Source: Takakia lepidozioides
Taxonomy: Eukaryota; Plantae; Bryophyta
DNA: 64,000 nucleotides
Direction: 5' to 3'
NCBI GenBank assembly: GCA_030704615.1
Contig: CM060732.1
Span: forward strand, 72,540,001-72,604,000
Positions 13,831 to 26,575 of this stretch are shown here, in pieces (the stretch's first letter is position 1; every line of letters begins with the position of its first letter). The notes beneath the pieces are model-generated. The model was not told the DNA's origin and searched no databases. It saw nothing but the letters and a program-made list of their open reading frames with translations. Made by a program: the position numbers and the translations under genes.

Positions 13831-14065
13831 GTCAGTAACTCAATTGGTTAAGTGCACTGAGTGCCACCCAGATGATTCTGGGGTCAAATCTTGCTACTGA
13901 CGGGTGTGTATGGTTCATGGGCGGTGTCCCACTCATTCGCCTCCATGGCGCATAAATGAAAGAGGTTATTTTCTCCTCTCACTACTAAGGGGCCTGATTT
14001 GTGAGCTGTCGCTCCCAGGTGTTTCTCTTTATAGGAAAAATAAAATAAAATAAAATAAAATAAAT
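13831..14065 (+). mobile_element. tRNA-derived SINE with (AAAAT)n tail
   Basis: GTCAGTA (13831) pairs with TACTGAC (13895-13901). A-box TAACTCAATTGG, B-box-like GGTCAAATC, tail at 14036-14065. Confidence 0.65.
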
Positions 14066-15109
14066 ACCACAGTCAACCCTGCCTTACTGTTACCTGCTTA
14101 TAACACTAATTCTGGACTTTTGTTTGGTCCAGAAATAATATGAGAAATATGAATAAACAAAATTTATTATTGAAATAAAGAGATATATATGATTATTTGG
14201 CTATTTTATGCACAATATAACCATGAACAATAATCCTCCAAACCTTTTTTGGATATAATATAAGTATGTATTGTGGTTTTAGAAGAACATCCACTGCCAA
14301 GTTGACGTTCACGAAAAAAATGGGAGGAATTACACCATGATGTGAGGTCAGATATGTAAAACTTTTTGCACAAAATGGTTGTCATATCAGATGACACACA
14401 AAACCAAACATAGAACAATCATGGCATGTGATGAAGAGGATGACATGAAAGAATGAGTCCGCATACATTGATAATAAACATTTATATTTTATTAGAGATT
14501 GCAACTTTGGCGTTGCAGTCAGACATAATGTAACGTCAACTGTACATCCATTCACATCTATTGGACTTAATGTTATCCATCGGCTCGAAGCCATACAACG
14601 GCTTACACTAACCCATTAATATTACAGAGCCTCCTCCCAAACGGCTTGCAATCAAGGAAAAATTCGAAGACGCCTCCGGTTACCACAACCACTTGCAACG
14701 GTCTCCGCACCAGAGGAAACGGAAATACTTTCAGAGAACTCGAACCTACTAGTAACATTATCATCCGAAATGTTACTTGGAACTCTACTTGTTGAATCTC
14801 TTGATGCCCTTGAAGCCTGCCGGGAAGCCCGCCATTCTTGCCAATCACAAAGCTCTTCTTCTTCTTTTCGAATTCGCTCCTTGAATGTGACTGGGCAAAA
14901 CAATTTTTCATATGACAAATGTCAGCTGAAATGTGGAACATTTGTAGAAAAAATGATAAAGTAAAAGTGCAAGTGGAAGACACTTTCAATATCAAATTCT
15001 CCATAAACAAGAAACAGTGGGATAAGTACATACCAAGGTAATCAGGTTCCTTTTGTTGTGGGATCCAAATACGAGAATCAACATATCTTCCATACCAAGC
15101 CCAATAGGC

Positions 15110-15725
15110 ATAGTCGCGACCAATAGGCTTACGAGAACACTTGGCAGGGTTTTCGCTGATGTAATCTACGACTGTTGAAGCTACAGTTATTTTCAATATA
15201 TATGGTCACACAGCTTTTGTCATATCATCCCGGTCAACCAAGCCCTTTGGTGATGGCTTGTATGAAATAGGGAAGAATCCAGTATTTGGTGGGTTTCGGA
15301 GGCCCTTTGATGGCTCATCATCGACAAGGAGTATTTGTCCCTGCATTGCAAAGGGTGTACCAGGGTACTTGGCAAGAACAGTGCGAATATCCTTAACGAG
15401 ATATTTCATCCCAAGCATGATGTAACCGGTTGTGTCTTTGCAATCCTCAGCTAACCAAAACTTCTTCGCAATTTTCGTAGGAACTAAGCACTCGAGCATC
15501 CTACAAAGAACAACTCTTTCAGCACATGACCATATCGCCACGTGAAAATGCATGAATGCAATGTTGAGAAACTCCAAGACTCCGGGCCGAGGAACCACAA
15601 AAGGTCTGTCGGGAACATGAACTGTAACTTTCCTGAAACGAAATCTCTCCTTAAACAATTCGCTGCCGGTTGGAGGTGACCGGTAGCAGAGGAGTCCGTT
15701 GACACTCAATATTAACAACATCCGT
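15110..15725 (-). pseudogene. NIF/FCP1-homology (HAD) domain, copy 1
   Basis: LLILSVNGLL; RPGVLEFL; FHVAIWS; KDIRTV; ILLVDDEPSKGLRNP. Continues past a TGA (15208-15206) into PYILKI...VVDYISENP. Confidence 0.85.
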
Positions 15726-17050
15726 TTCCTCTTCCCCGATGTGGCAAATGAAGGTTGATGGACGATGCCATCCTGCGCAATTTAAGTGTTCCCACCGTCA
15801 GAATCAACACGATGTAGTGTTTCTTAGTTTCAGAGTGACCTCTACGTTTTCGGAGACATAAGTGTCCCGACAATGGACTACTGTAAAGGACCAAGAGTAG
15901 ACCATATATCGAAGAGTTCGAGATCACGAATAGATGAACGTTGGCTGTCAAGTGGAGGTTAGTGGACGCACCTTGTCGGGAGGCGCATTCAAGAAGTTCT
16001 ACGGCTCCATACTCGCTTGTATAAAAATTACGGAGTTAGTTTGGGACCGCAAAACAAATTGTAAACGAAAGTGGAGAAATTGTTTTGAAATGTACCATTG
16101 AAGCCTTACTGGAATGTCTTGCAGAAGAACAATGGATTCCCGCGGGCTTGGATTGAGGCGCCACAACATCCGAGGGAGTCCTCATGTGTTTGGAGTCCGC
16201 TCTTTTTTTCTTGTCAGCCTTTGTCCGTTGGAAAGATTTCCTGCAGAGGAAGGAAATGGCTCGGGGGCTCTTTTTCGCCTATTTGGTGCAGAACATTGTG
16301 CCAGCAATTCAGGGTCACGCTGTGTCGATGTTGGAGATGTTTTGTCATTGAACGACGGGAGGAGTGGAAAGGCAACAACAGGCAAACACAGAAAATTGTC
16401 CCTTGAGCACTCGACATCCTGGATGGAATGAAAACGCAACGAAGGAATAATTTACCTCGAAACTACATTCCAATGCAGACGTCGTTTGACAGGAAGGTCA
16501 TAATCTTCTGACCTGGAGCGACAGATGAATATCAGACCCCAAACTAAGTGAAACTAGAAGAATGAGCAAGGAGCGAGAAATGAGTTTAAGTCACCTGACT
16601 CCTGTGGATTTGGGTTGTCCAACCCTCGTGCTGGGGAGATATGCGAGGAAGAGACGGAACTAGGTGCAGCGGAGCCGTAGCCGAGTCCCCGACGGTTGTC
16701 CGGCGGGTTGGATGGACCAGACCCTGCGTACTGAACAGGGAGGGTGAGGAATGTTGGAAAAGGTCGATAAAGTTTCCGGGATATTTGTGTTCTTCACCTA
16801 CACCTTGGACTTTACACCCAGGAGGACCCGAGAGGAGAAGAGTGTCGTCCGCTTCCCGGGAGGACAAGGGTCTGACAGAGGATCCACCCTCAATTTGAGC
16901 ACCATCGTCAACCCTCGGAAAGCCTTCAATACTCCGACTTCACTGCTGATCCGAGGTTCCTTTAGGGACTTGAGGAACCGATGACGTCGTCAGCATCTCC
17001 TTGAACCTGCTAGATAGACATAATCATAAATCCGGGAGTGCAGGAATGTG

Positions 17051-17073
17051 AACCTCCACTGAACAGTGGAGGT
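17051..17073. repeat. Hairpin AACCTCCACTG-nn-CAGTGGAGGT(T), copy 1 of 3 (others at 20597-20620 and 39150-39173)
   Basis: 10-11-bp perfect inverted repeat with a 2-nt variable loop (AA, CC, TC). Confidence 0.85.
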
Positions 17074-17313
17074 CACTAGATATAGTCATGTCCCCGTATG
17101 AGGCCTGTTATCAGAGTCTTGGATTGCCCGGAATGTGCGTCAAGAATTAACAGAAAATGAGTGAAATGAGGAGTACCATATCTAACACGTGTGTGATTAC
17201 ACGGCAATGAAAATCGGAAACCATGAAGATATTCAATAGCTCGAGTGAGATGTGATTGATCAAAAATGATTTATTTTGAAGCATCATATCTGAAACTCTT
17301 AAAACCGTTGTCC

Positions 17314-17960
17314 TCAATAAAATCCCAGAGTGGCATAAACTTGGGATCGTTTGAAACATTGGGAAAAAAACTCAACCCTATCATTTTTTCCTAAGATAAC
17401 TTGAAACAGTGGATGTTTCCTCATTCCAAGCAAATAGGTCTGAAACCCTTGAGAAGATAGCAAACCATCAGTCTCCGCGGTCTGGAACGGTTTGAGAACA
17501 AGACATGAGTCGGGCGGGTTCAATACACACTTCATGGCGGTGTCGTCAATGAGCAAAGTGTTACTCTTGGTGTATTGTCCACCAAATCTCTGCCAGACCT
17601 TGACCAGTGGCTTCAAAAACAAATGAGGAGGGTCCAATCCTGATTTGAATTGAGGGTGAACCGAAGTAGGACATGAAATACAATCCTCTTGAGACATAAC
17701 GAAGGCCGTTGAGGTAGACTACGAAGCAAAAAATCCAGGATGGGCTGCAAGTTCTTGTACATCAAAGAGCTCCAAATCCCTAACCGGAAGTGTTTGTGCA
17801 ACTCTGTCCACACTTTGCGATATTTCTCCCGTCTAAAGACAAGTCAGAATCCGACAAGAGCTGGAATTCTGTAGTCCGGGGGACATTGTAGCTCTTCTGG
17901 TGCTTCAAGATTTTGCACAAGACTCCATTCACGTCTAAAATAATCAAACGCAACCCTTGT
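17314..17960 (-). pseudogene. NIF/FCP1-homology domain, copy 2 (frameshifted)
   Basis: LIILDVNGVLC (~17950); FRLGIWSS; MSQEDC; FLKPLVKVW; SNTLLIDDTAMKCVLNP. Confidence 0.85.
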
Positions 17961-18106
17961 GCAGGAGGAGAAACAGGTGCTCCAATCTGCTAGAGAGTCA
18001 TTCATACTTAGGATGATAAAAGGGAACAGTACAATGCATTGGAAAAACCGACACCAGGCAAGTGAACAAGAACGTCCACTGGACAGCCAAAGTTCACCAA
18101 ACTCAA

Positions 18107-18820
18107 TTAAAATATTTTAGGTCCCAATGCAGCGGCACACAACTCGTGATTGCTAAGGAACTTCTGCCACCTATAATCAAAGTCTCTAAGAAATTTGACC
18201 GTTGGGTCGTCCTCGAAGAAATCCTTCGTAACGTCGAAAGGATGTAGCTCATTGAATGGCATGACATCCATCCCCGATAACCGGAACATGTTTAGGTGAG
18301 GCTTGAGCTCTTCCAGTAGAAATTTATCTCTGTCAGGGTCCACGCACGCCTTATATTTTGGAAGGAAGATGGTATGTCCTAACGGGTTCAAGTAGGACTT
18401 GTACATATTGTCTACAGTGTCGATGAGGAGAGTATTGGATTTGTAAGCTGTCGGGTCTTCCTCAGCGAAAATGTCGTAAAGACGTTTAAAGTAGATGGGA
18501 TTTTTGGGAGCTTTAGGCCATTTTTCGTTGAATGTCGATCTATGCATGACAAAATTCTCACTGCTGTAAGTTCTGACCTGGGAATAGTATTTTCCGAACA
18601 CGGCCTTGGCGATAGTCTCAACGTTCATTTCAGGTCCAGTGTTTCCAAAAAACAAACGGCAAACTTTTTGACGGCCCACTTAACGAATTCGTCAAGACCG
18701 TTTAACTTGAATTTCCCTGCGGGATACAAGGCTGGGTGGCAGGAGGGTTTTTCTTTCCATCCTTTAGGAAAACCTCACAAAGGTAATCGATGTCTAGAAC
18801 CAGGATGTAGTATCCTGGCC
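18107..18820 (-). pseudogene. NIF/FCP1-homology domain, copy 3 (diverged, frameshifted)
   Basis: YILVLDIDYLC; YFKRLYDIF; SNTLLIDTVDNMYKSYLNP; DKFLLEELKPHL. Confidence 0.75.
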
Positions 18821-19385
18821 GGCATCCGTTCGGTCCCCAAGGAAGGGAATGCAGATCGTTTGGATTGACAGAAAAAGAATAGTCGACTGGAGGGTAATGC
18901 ATGTTGTCATGTGAATAACAGAAGAGTTCATTATTAATTTCAATTTCAGAAATCCCAAAGAAAGAAACGGAAAAATGAATTGATGAGAACATTAACCGTT
19001 TTTTGGGTGGCTGCTGAGATCCCTGGGCAGGCTGCTCCTCCTCTTTCCCATCTCTACGGCAAACATTATCCTCCTTCTCTGTGGCAGTAGATGACAACCT
19101 CGACTGTCCAGTAGAGGTTACTTGTAGGACCGGCTCAGATAAGCCGACAGTGATTGTCCGATCCACTCTTCTCTTCACCGTCTCAGTGTCGTTGGAGTCG
19201 GTCCTTGTGTGTTTGATCTCCTTAGACGTTGTCTCACGAATCTACAGGAAATTAAAAAATCCCACGGATGAGGATTATGGTGGACTAAAATTGATCAGAT
19301 AAAATACCGAATTGAGCAGCAATACCGAAGATGAGACTGAAAGACCAACAAAAGAGTAATAAGAATAAAGACAATGTTTTACCTG

Positions 19386-19539
19386 GACTGGACAGTGGCA
19401 GGTTACTTGCGGAACACGTCTTAGTGACCTGGCCCTCCTGTCAGATCCACGTGTCTCTTCAAGACTGGACAGTGGCAGGTTACTTGCGGAACACGTCTTA
19501 GTGACCTGGCCCTCCTGTCAGATCCACGTGTCTCTTCAA
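19386..19539. repeat. Perfect 77-bp tandem duplication
   Basis: 19386-19462 is identical to 19463-19539. Confidence 0.9.
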
Positions 19540-22500
19540 CCGTTTGAGTCGCTTTTGGCATTTTCTTTGTGTGTGTCATTTTCCTCCCCTCCGTGGGATT
19601 CTTGGATCTACAGAAAGTTATCCAAATTGGGTTAGTGGTTGTCCACAAAGGTGTGCGAACAGTAACTATTTCCGGGTGTCAATATGTTTTATTTCGGAAG
19701 TCCGAACAAATAATTGGAAAAAACATTTGGATTATGCCACTCCACAAGTAGTATAATTACAATATTGTCATATTGGGGTATCAAAGTGTGTACGAATAAA
19801 AATTCACTGATTGTCATTCGTTACCTACATCCAGAACCACTTCCTGGGTGACATTCTGGGACACCACCTCTCGAGGATTGTTACCGGGATCCGGTGACAT
19901 AATCAATGGCTCGTCACCTTCCCCAGGTGTGAACCCTTGACCGAAGGTTCATCAACTAACTCCGTCGATGTCGCTTCTTGGCCCCCGAGAAGCCGGATTT
20001 TGATTCGTGGTGTTATCGGAACTTGAGGAAGAGCTATCCAGATTGTGTACACTTTGTGGCACTACGTGTTCTTGGGTATTTGAAGTACTACCTAGTTTAA
20101 TCCAACCGGGAAATTCCCTGGCCCGCTCTTTTCCCTTTCCCACATTAGTTGCATCTGCCCCCTGGTCTCCGGTGACGATTTCCATGTTCTCATCTTAGTC
20201 CTTCTCCTCCCTCGTCGTCCTCTCTTGTTTCGTTCTCCTCCTTTCCTTGTCCTGACCCTTGTCGTGTCCTTCGTCATCATCTTCTTCGCCACTCTTCATC
20301 CTACGTGATTCTCCGTCCATCTCCGTCTCCTGCGATAGTCTGATTATCATCTGGAGTGTCTTGAAATAAGCCTCCACCTTGCTTCTATTCGAAATTTCTT
20401 TTTCCGTTGCATAGTTAATGTCAAGCACACGAATATTTCTTTCCTGCAATGAAACCAAACAATGAAATCAAAATAAATCCGATGCACTACAACCATCGAA
20501 AATTGAAAGGGTTAGGCTGTCGTTTTGAGACAACTAGCACACACATCACCAAACTCCTAATAACAAACACCCAAACACCCAGAACTCCATAACATGAACC
20601 TCCACTGCCCAGTGGAGGTTATCAAATAGAACATTCAAGACCAGGTTACACACCCTATTCCGACAACTAGAAAAAACACCGAGAGTTAATATCCCGCAAC
20701 TGAAAACACAGACATTCAAAACGAGCAGAATCCACTTACAAGCAACGTATGTCATTGCTAGTCTCCGAAAATGTTCACACAAGAACATCCCGTCCCTGCG
20801 AGAAAAAAAAACCAGGTAAACCGTATCGTAGGGTCCGCCCTCAGCTCATGTTGTAATTCCTGCACTCCTTCCACTAGAAGCATTCGTGTCATTTACCACT
20901 GGGGTAACGACTCATTTTGAGTCGTAAAAGTCAAAAACTGGGATCGACTGGAGTTACAACCAATATTTTACACCAGACGTGGTTTTTGGGTTTGACCAGC
21001 CAATGTTGAGTGGTAAGACGCATACGCGCGAAACGTGCTCAGTTAATGTTTATTAATTGCTGAAGACCACGGGCGTAACCAGCGGGCCGCCCGTGGTGAA
21101 ATGGCACGCACCCTATCATCTTCCCGAAAACTCCTTCTTACTAGATCCTTATACAATTAATGTTACTTGAATGCTTAAAACCAATATTATATTTCTTGAT
21201 GGAAAAACCCACCCTTTTTTTTTGTTTTGGGCTGCCTTGACTTTCCCTCCGGTGATTGGACACACTCACCCGGGGCGCGGTGACCCATGGACGGATGTGG
21301 ATGCGGACATGGATGCCGATGTGGGCGGCGCGCAACGAGCGGCAATTCTCCGCGTGTCCACGGTCAAGATGCCACATGCAGCCGGCCTATCACTTGGAGT
21401 TCCTGCATGTGAGTCCGCAACCGCCACTGGCGAAGTCGACTACACATGCCAGCAGACGAATCCACGGGGAACAGTGGAGATTGTGGGGTCGACGCGTGCG
21501 TCGTCCCCACCGCAATTGCAGTGACGCTACACAACTGCTATTAAAGACGCAGAGTGCTTGTGCCATCCTCGGGACTGCTTTGGCCACTCCGCTGCCACTC
21601 TGTCTAGTTTGTTTGCACTATAGTAGCAAAGCACGAAAAATGAGCACTTGTAGTGGTTTGTGTGAGTTTCCAACTGACCTGCATTCCTAAGTTGAAAATA
21701 TGGTTCTGATGCATTCTACTGGTTTAGTGGTTCACCCATATGCAGGGGGAATTGAGAAGCAAGATACTGGGCGAGACTCAGAACACAGATCACGATGCTG
21801 CACAACATCACGCTAATGAACCAAATAGACGAGGCAACAGAGAGACCAAAGACCATCACACATACACATAGAGGTGGACGGACACGACGACAAGTCAGGA
21901 AATGTGATATTACATTCAAATTAGAGACCGTAACGGCACACCTGCATATGAGCAAGACTAAATGCCAAATACATGGTTGCCGGACATCACTTAAACTGCA
22001 TGGCCCAACTGTTCAAAACTGGTAACGTGAGTATCATACACACTTCTATGAGTATCATTACACCCACCCCACAGGACTACAACATGAAATGTCACTTGAT
22101 ACGTTCCACCTTTCCTCATACTCTTCTCTAGGCCACAGAAGTCACCGTGCCCTTTCCACGTGCGCTAGTGTGGTCTGGGGGGGCATCGTCCACATTTGGG
22201 CAAGGCAATGTAACATTGGAAGCATGATCTCGTGGACTTTCACCTTGTACCACCCGGATGAATGTCCTTGCAGTGGAACTTGTCACCCCCGCTATTCCCA
22301 CCACTTCCGCCTTGGCGGCGGCTTTCTTTGACCGCTTGTCATGGGGGTTCAGGAGAAACACAGAATCTGATATCTGCATACACCAACATCAGGTCCACTC
22401 AGCAACAACATAGCAATGACAGGTGAAAGTCAAGCGCAGCTGGGCATGGAAACGATCTGGGTTGCCACAATACTGAATCAGCAGCAAATTCACGGTGTAC

Positions 22501-23199
22501 CAACGTACCTTGAAGCGAAGCTCGTCGCTGAGGGTGGCAACTGAGGAAAGCTGCCCACGTGTCTTCAACTGCAGCGCAAAAAGAGGTTTAGTCAGATGGA
22601 TAAGAATAACATGAACTCTGGTGGTTGCAATGGTATAAACACACCTCCACAGAGCAGCTAACAAACACCCTGCTCAGACCCTGCACACTACAACTTCCTG
22701 GCAAAAATAACCCTACTAAAAACCACCAGCAAGCAGGAGCCATGAATGCATGCTTGGGGAACCACGTCCTGCTGCGATGATGGTGCCGGGGACAAGCCCA
22801 CTCCTTCTTGCTCACCTGCAATGAATACACATTGCAACGCTTCAGGAAGTGTATCCATAAAGGAACCAACCAAGTAAGTTTGCGGAGAGGGCTGGGAACA
22901 ACCATACCTTGGGCGCTGCCTCCTCATGCCGGGGGGGGGATCCGGAATGTTGCCGCCGTAGCACTATGGTCCTAGGCGCAGGACCCACTTTCTCACATTC
23001 GACCCCACTCCACTCCCTGTACATGTGGTCCCTGCAACCATATAGTGCCAGCCTTTGCGTGAGAGGGCATCCGGGGGGAACAAAACAAACATGGACTTTG
23101 GCTTCAATGTCATGTTGAAAAGTAAGGTTAGTTTTTTCACCTGCATGGGCGCAGAAGTACTTCCCCCAATACCCCATCCTCTCCCACATTCAAGCTGCC

Positions 23200-23770
23200 A
23201 GTCGGGGTCAGCTTCCACGTGCTTGTGAAGACACGCACATCCTTGGAGCAAAAAATCTTGGCAGTAGGGACAGACTATTTCTAAAGGTAGTCTGCAATCG
23301 GGCCCCTCACTGACATTGCCAGTGACATCAAATGACAATGGATGGACCATGTTCAAAGGGAGTTCCCCTCCCCTTGTGTGGTGAATCATCCACTAGGAGG
23401 GTGTTGGATTCGTTAAATCCAGAAAATTCCGACCACAACCCTCGACAGTCCTTCTGTAAGTTCTGTACGGCAGGCCCTTTTGTGGGGTGTGGCTTTGTCA
23501 AGGGGTCACACTCCTCTTGTGACCACACAAAGAGGGGAGAACCCTTGACCCCTGTATCACCCACTTTGAAGATGTCTGCAACATTCCCTTGGAAGCACAG
23601 ACCATATCCCAACGTAGAATACCGGAAGAGAAGGTTTAAAAACTCGCAGACCTGGGGGCCTTGGGAAACATACTTGTTGGTGGTCAACACCCTAGCCAAT
23701 GAACACCATCGGTTGGGCTGAAAGTTAGGAATAGAGTGGCACAGGATCCCGTTCAGGTCTAGAAACAATT
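23200..23770 (-). pseudogene. NIF/FCP1-homology domain inside the CACTA
   Basis: FLDLNGILCH; EFLNLLF; LFVWSQEEC; FNESNTLLVDDSPHKG. Frameshifted C-terminus (VCPYCQDFL). Confidence 0.8.
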
Positions 23771-25459
23771 AGTTTCGACTTTTCTATGAAAGGAGCCTTT
23801 TGAAGGGGTTCACGGGGTCTCACACTCAGTGGGTTGGGAGACAACAGTCAACCCGGAGGGCAAAGTTTTTGGTCCCCCTGTAGCCTGGACCAGGCAACTA
23901 CCACCCTCTCCCCCTACAGCTTCCCCTTTTTCCCCCATCATGAGCAATGACCCCCCCCCTCGTCCATGTCATCCCCACCAACTTGCGGACCCTCCCCTCT
24001 TCAACGAGTGGACCCTGCCCCCCACTTGAATTCATCACAACAGCCCGGACTCTGTCACATCCCTACCCACTACAATTACTTCCTCCTTGTCAGGTAACAA
24101 TGGTCGCGCAGCAGGGGGGTCTTCCATAATGCCACCCGTCACACCCCCCCGTTTTGCCCCATCATGAGTTTCCACTATCTTCTTCAGTTGTGCTTCCATT
24201 CCCCCCTCTCCCCGCTCCGCAGAGAGAGCCGCAAGCCTCTCCAGGTTCCCCGCTCCCTATCACACACAAACAAACCACCCGTACTGTTAAAAAACCAAAG
24301 AAGAGGCCGAATGTGCCAGGATTTCAGGCATTCGGAGATGGCTGGGTTTGGCATAACACCCCTCGTCGTACCATGCGTGGGGGCCCCACATACCCACCAA
24401 ATCTTAGTACAACAAACCAACGGATTCATGAATGAAACCGGACTTCAAACATACCTGGCTCAAAACTACTCTGATTGGGGTGCCAGTCGCAGTGTTTCCT
24501 CCCTCTCCATCTCTTCCCATTGTTTCATGGCATGGCGTTGTTCCTTCCTCAGCTCTGATGTCCGTTTCCTGCTTCCCTATGCCCCTTGCTGAGCAGCGCC
24601 GTCATACGTTGTGGGGGGTGACTGATGGTGCCGGAGGGGGGAGGGCCGTATGAGATGTGGGAGGCCCCCATTGTGACGTGGCAACATCAGGAAGCCAACG
24701 CGCCACGACCCTGAAGTAGGGGGGGCTCCCCATGGTGCACTCTGTTGTGGAGACCATCCAGCAGGGGTGGGTGCCAAGGTTGGGTGTTGGTTGCATTGTG
24801 TTGTGGCTGTGAGTGCTTTGCTGCCAGCTTCACTCCCCTTCCGCTGCCAAAAACATCCCACACACAAGGTGCATCAGCTGTAGTCCTACTGAACACAACG
24901 TCACCGAGCACAAACCATCCCACAACCACAACTATGGATTGGCTGACCTCAACCCACTCCCCTGCAGCGCAAGTGCCAAAAACTGAAAAGGAGAGGGACA
25001 GAATGTCCTCATAACATGTAAGGCCATTCATTGGTGAAGAAACAGAATGTGGGCGGGTTCACATCAGTACCACATGAAACTTACCAGGAAACAGAACATC
25101 CATCCGGGTTTTGCACATATCCAGTGGACATCTATTCCCACAATCAGCAAATGGCTGTATGGCGGAGCCCAGCAAACGGAGCCCCAAAAGGCCTAAAGAC
25201 TCTCAATGTTGGTAAACACAAGTGCAGACACAATTCAATTGAAAGGATATGCAGACCTAGCCTCGTTGGAGTTATCAACGCATATAGCAAATGCGTACTC
25301 CACGCAGGTGCATGACGTGACAACCCAACATTTCCTTGACCTAAAAACTAGTCCCTCTGCACACAGTGGTAGACCTGAAGGTTTTTCCACGATGTCCTCC
25401 CCCATGTCCAAAATTGAAAACATGTTCAGGGATGTTTTCTGCCTAACTTCATTTTCTCT

Positions 25460-26575
25460 GCCCAATCAGATCTCCTCTACGCTGATGATGTTGCCCTTTT
25501 GGCACAATCCCCGGTCCTTTCTGCAACGCCATCTCAAATTTGGAACAGTTCTGCAAAGACTATGGGATGCAAGTCAATCTTGCAAGACCAAGATCATGGT
25601 CTTCAATGGCCGGCTGATCGTAGATTCATCTTCAACCAGCAGGAAATTGAGATTGTCAAATCATACCGGTACCTAGGTCTGGTTATCCACTCCCCCAAGT
25701 TTCACTTTGCAGCCACTGCCTTGGACAGATTGACTAAAGGTAAGGCGGCCTCCGTCCGCCTTCACGCCAAATGCAAGCAAATACATCTGCGGCATCCCCC
25801 GACCAAAAAGTGGTTGTTTGACACCGTCGTCAGCCCTGCTACCATCAATGGTTGTGAGTTCTGGGCACCTGGTGTCCCTGTCTCCTGGTGGGAAAAGAAT
25901 TTGGAACCATTATAGTCATCTTTCTCCAAGCAATGCTTGGCGCCAGGAGCACAACTCATCTCAGATCCTAGGTGCAGAGTTCGCATGTGTACCATTGCAA
26001 TCCGAGGCACAGTTTCAGGCTTACAATCTTTCTCCATAGATTGCAGGCCCTTCACCCAAAGGGCTAGTGGCAAGGGCCCTCACAACATCTATGAGGCTCA
26101 AAGCTGCAGGTTTCGGGAACTCCTGGTATGCTCGAGTGGACAGTTTATTGAAACGTAACGGACTTTCTACTGCTTTCCTATTACCAATGACCCAGATGAG
26201 GTGGACATCACATCCAGACATGACCGCAACAGACTCATTTGGAGAGAGCTTATGGAATTACTGTCAAGAGAACTTGGATGCTACCCCAATCTCACAACAA
26301 AGCTCCACTTCTATCGAGAGACATTCTTGGTGCTTCCCGCGATGATAGAATCTTCAGACCAAATACCTTTCAGCACCCTTACCTCCCTTCCCTCTTGAGG
26401 GCATTGGGGCGGTTCAGGGTGGGTTCCCACCCTACAGATAGAGACTGGCAGATGGGAAAACCTGCAACGGGAGGACCGCCTATGTCTAGCTTGCATAGGG
26501 TGTAGCAAGGAAATTGAAACTGATGAACTTCTTCGTCTTCTACTGCCCTGTATACTACGAGATCCGTTTGAACAA
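25460..26575 (+). mobile_element. 5'-truncated non-LTR retrotransposon (RT C-terminal half plus C-terminal Cys/His region) nested in the CACTA
   Basis: LLYADDVAL, KTKIMVFNG, YRYLGL, then GRFRVGSH, IETGRW, REDRLC..C, CPVYYEIR, with frameshifts. Confidence 0.85.

Noticed and set aside
13831-13901. Functional tRNA-Gly gene
   Set aside because: Arms are mismatched, the B-box is degenerate, and a SINE-like body and tail follow.
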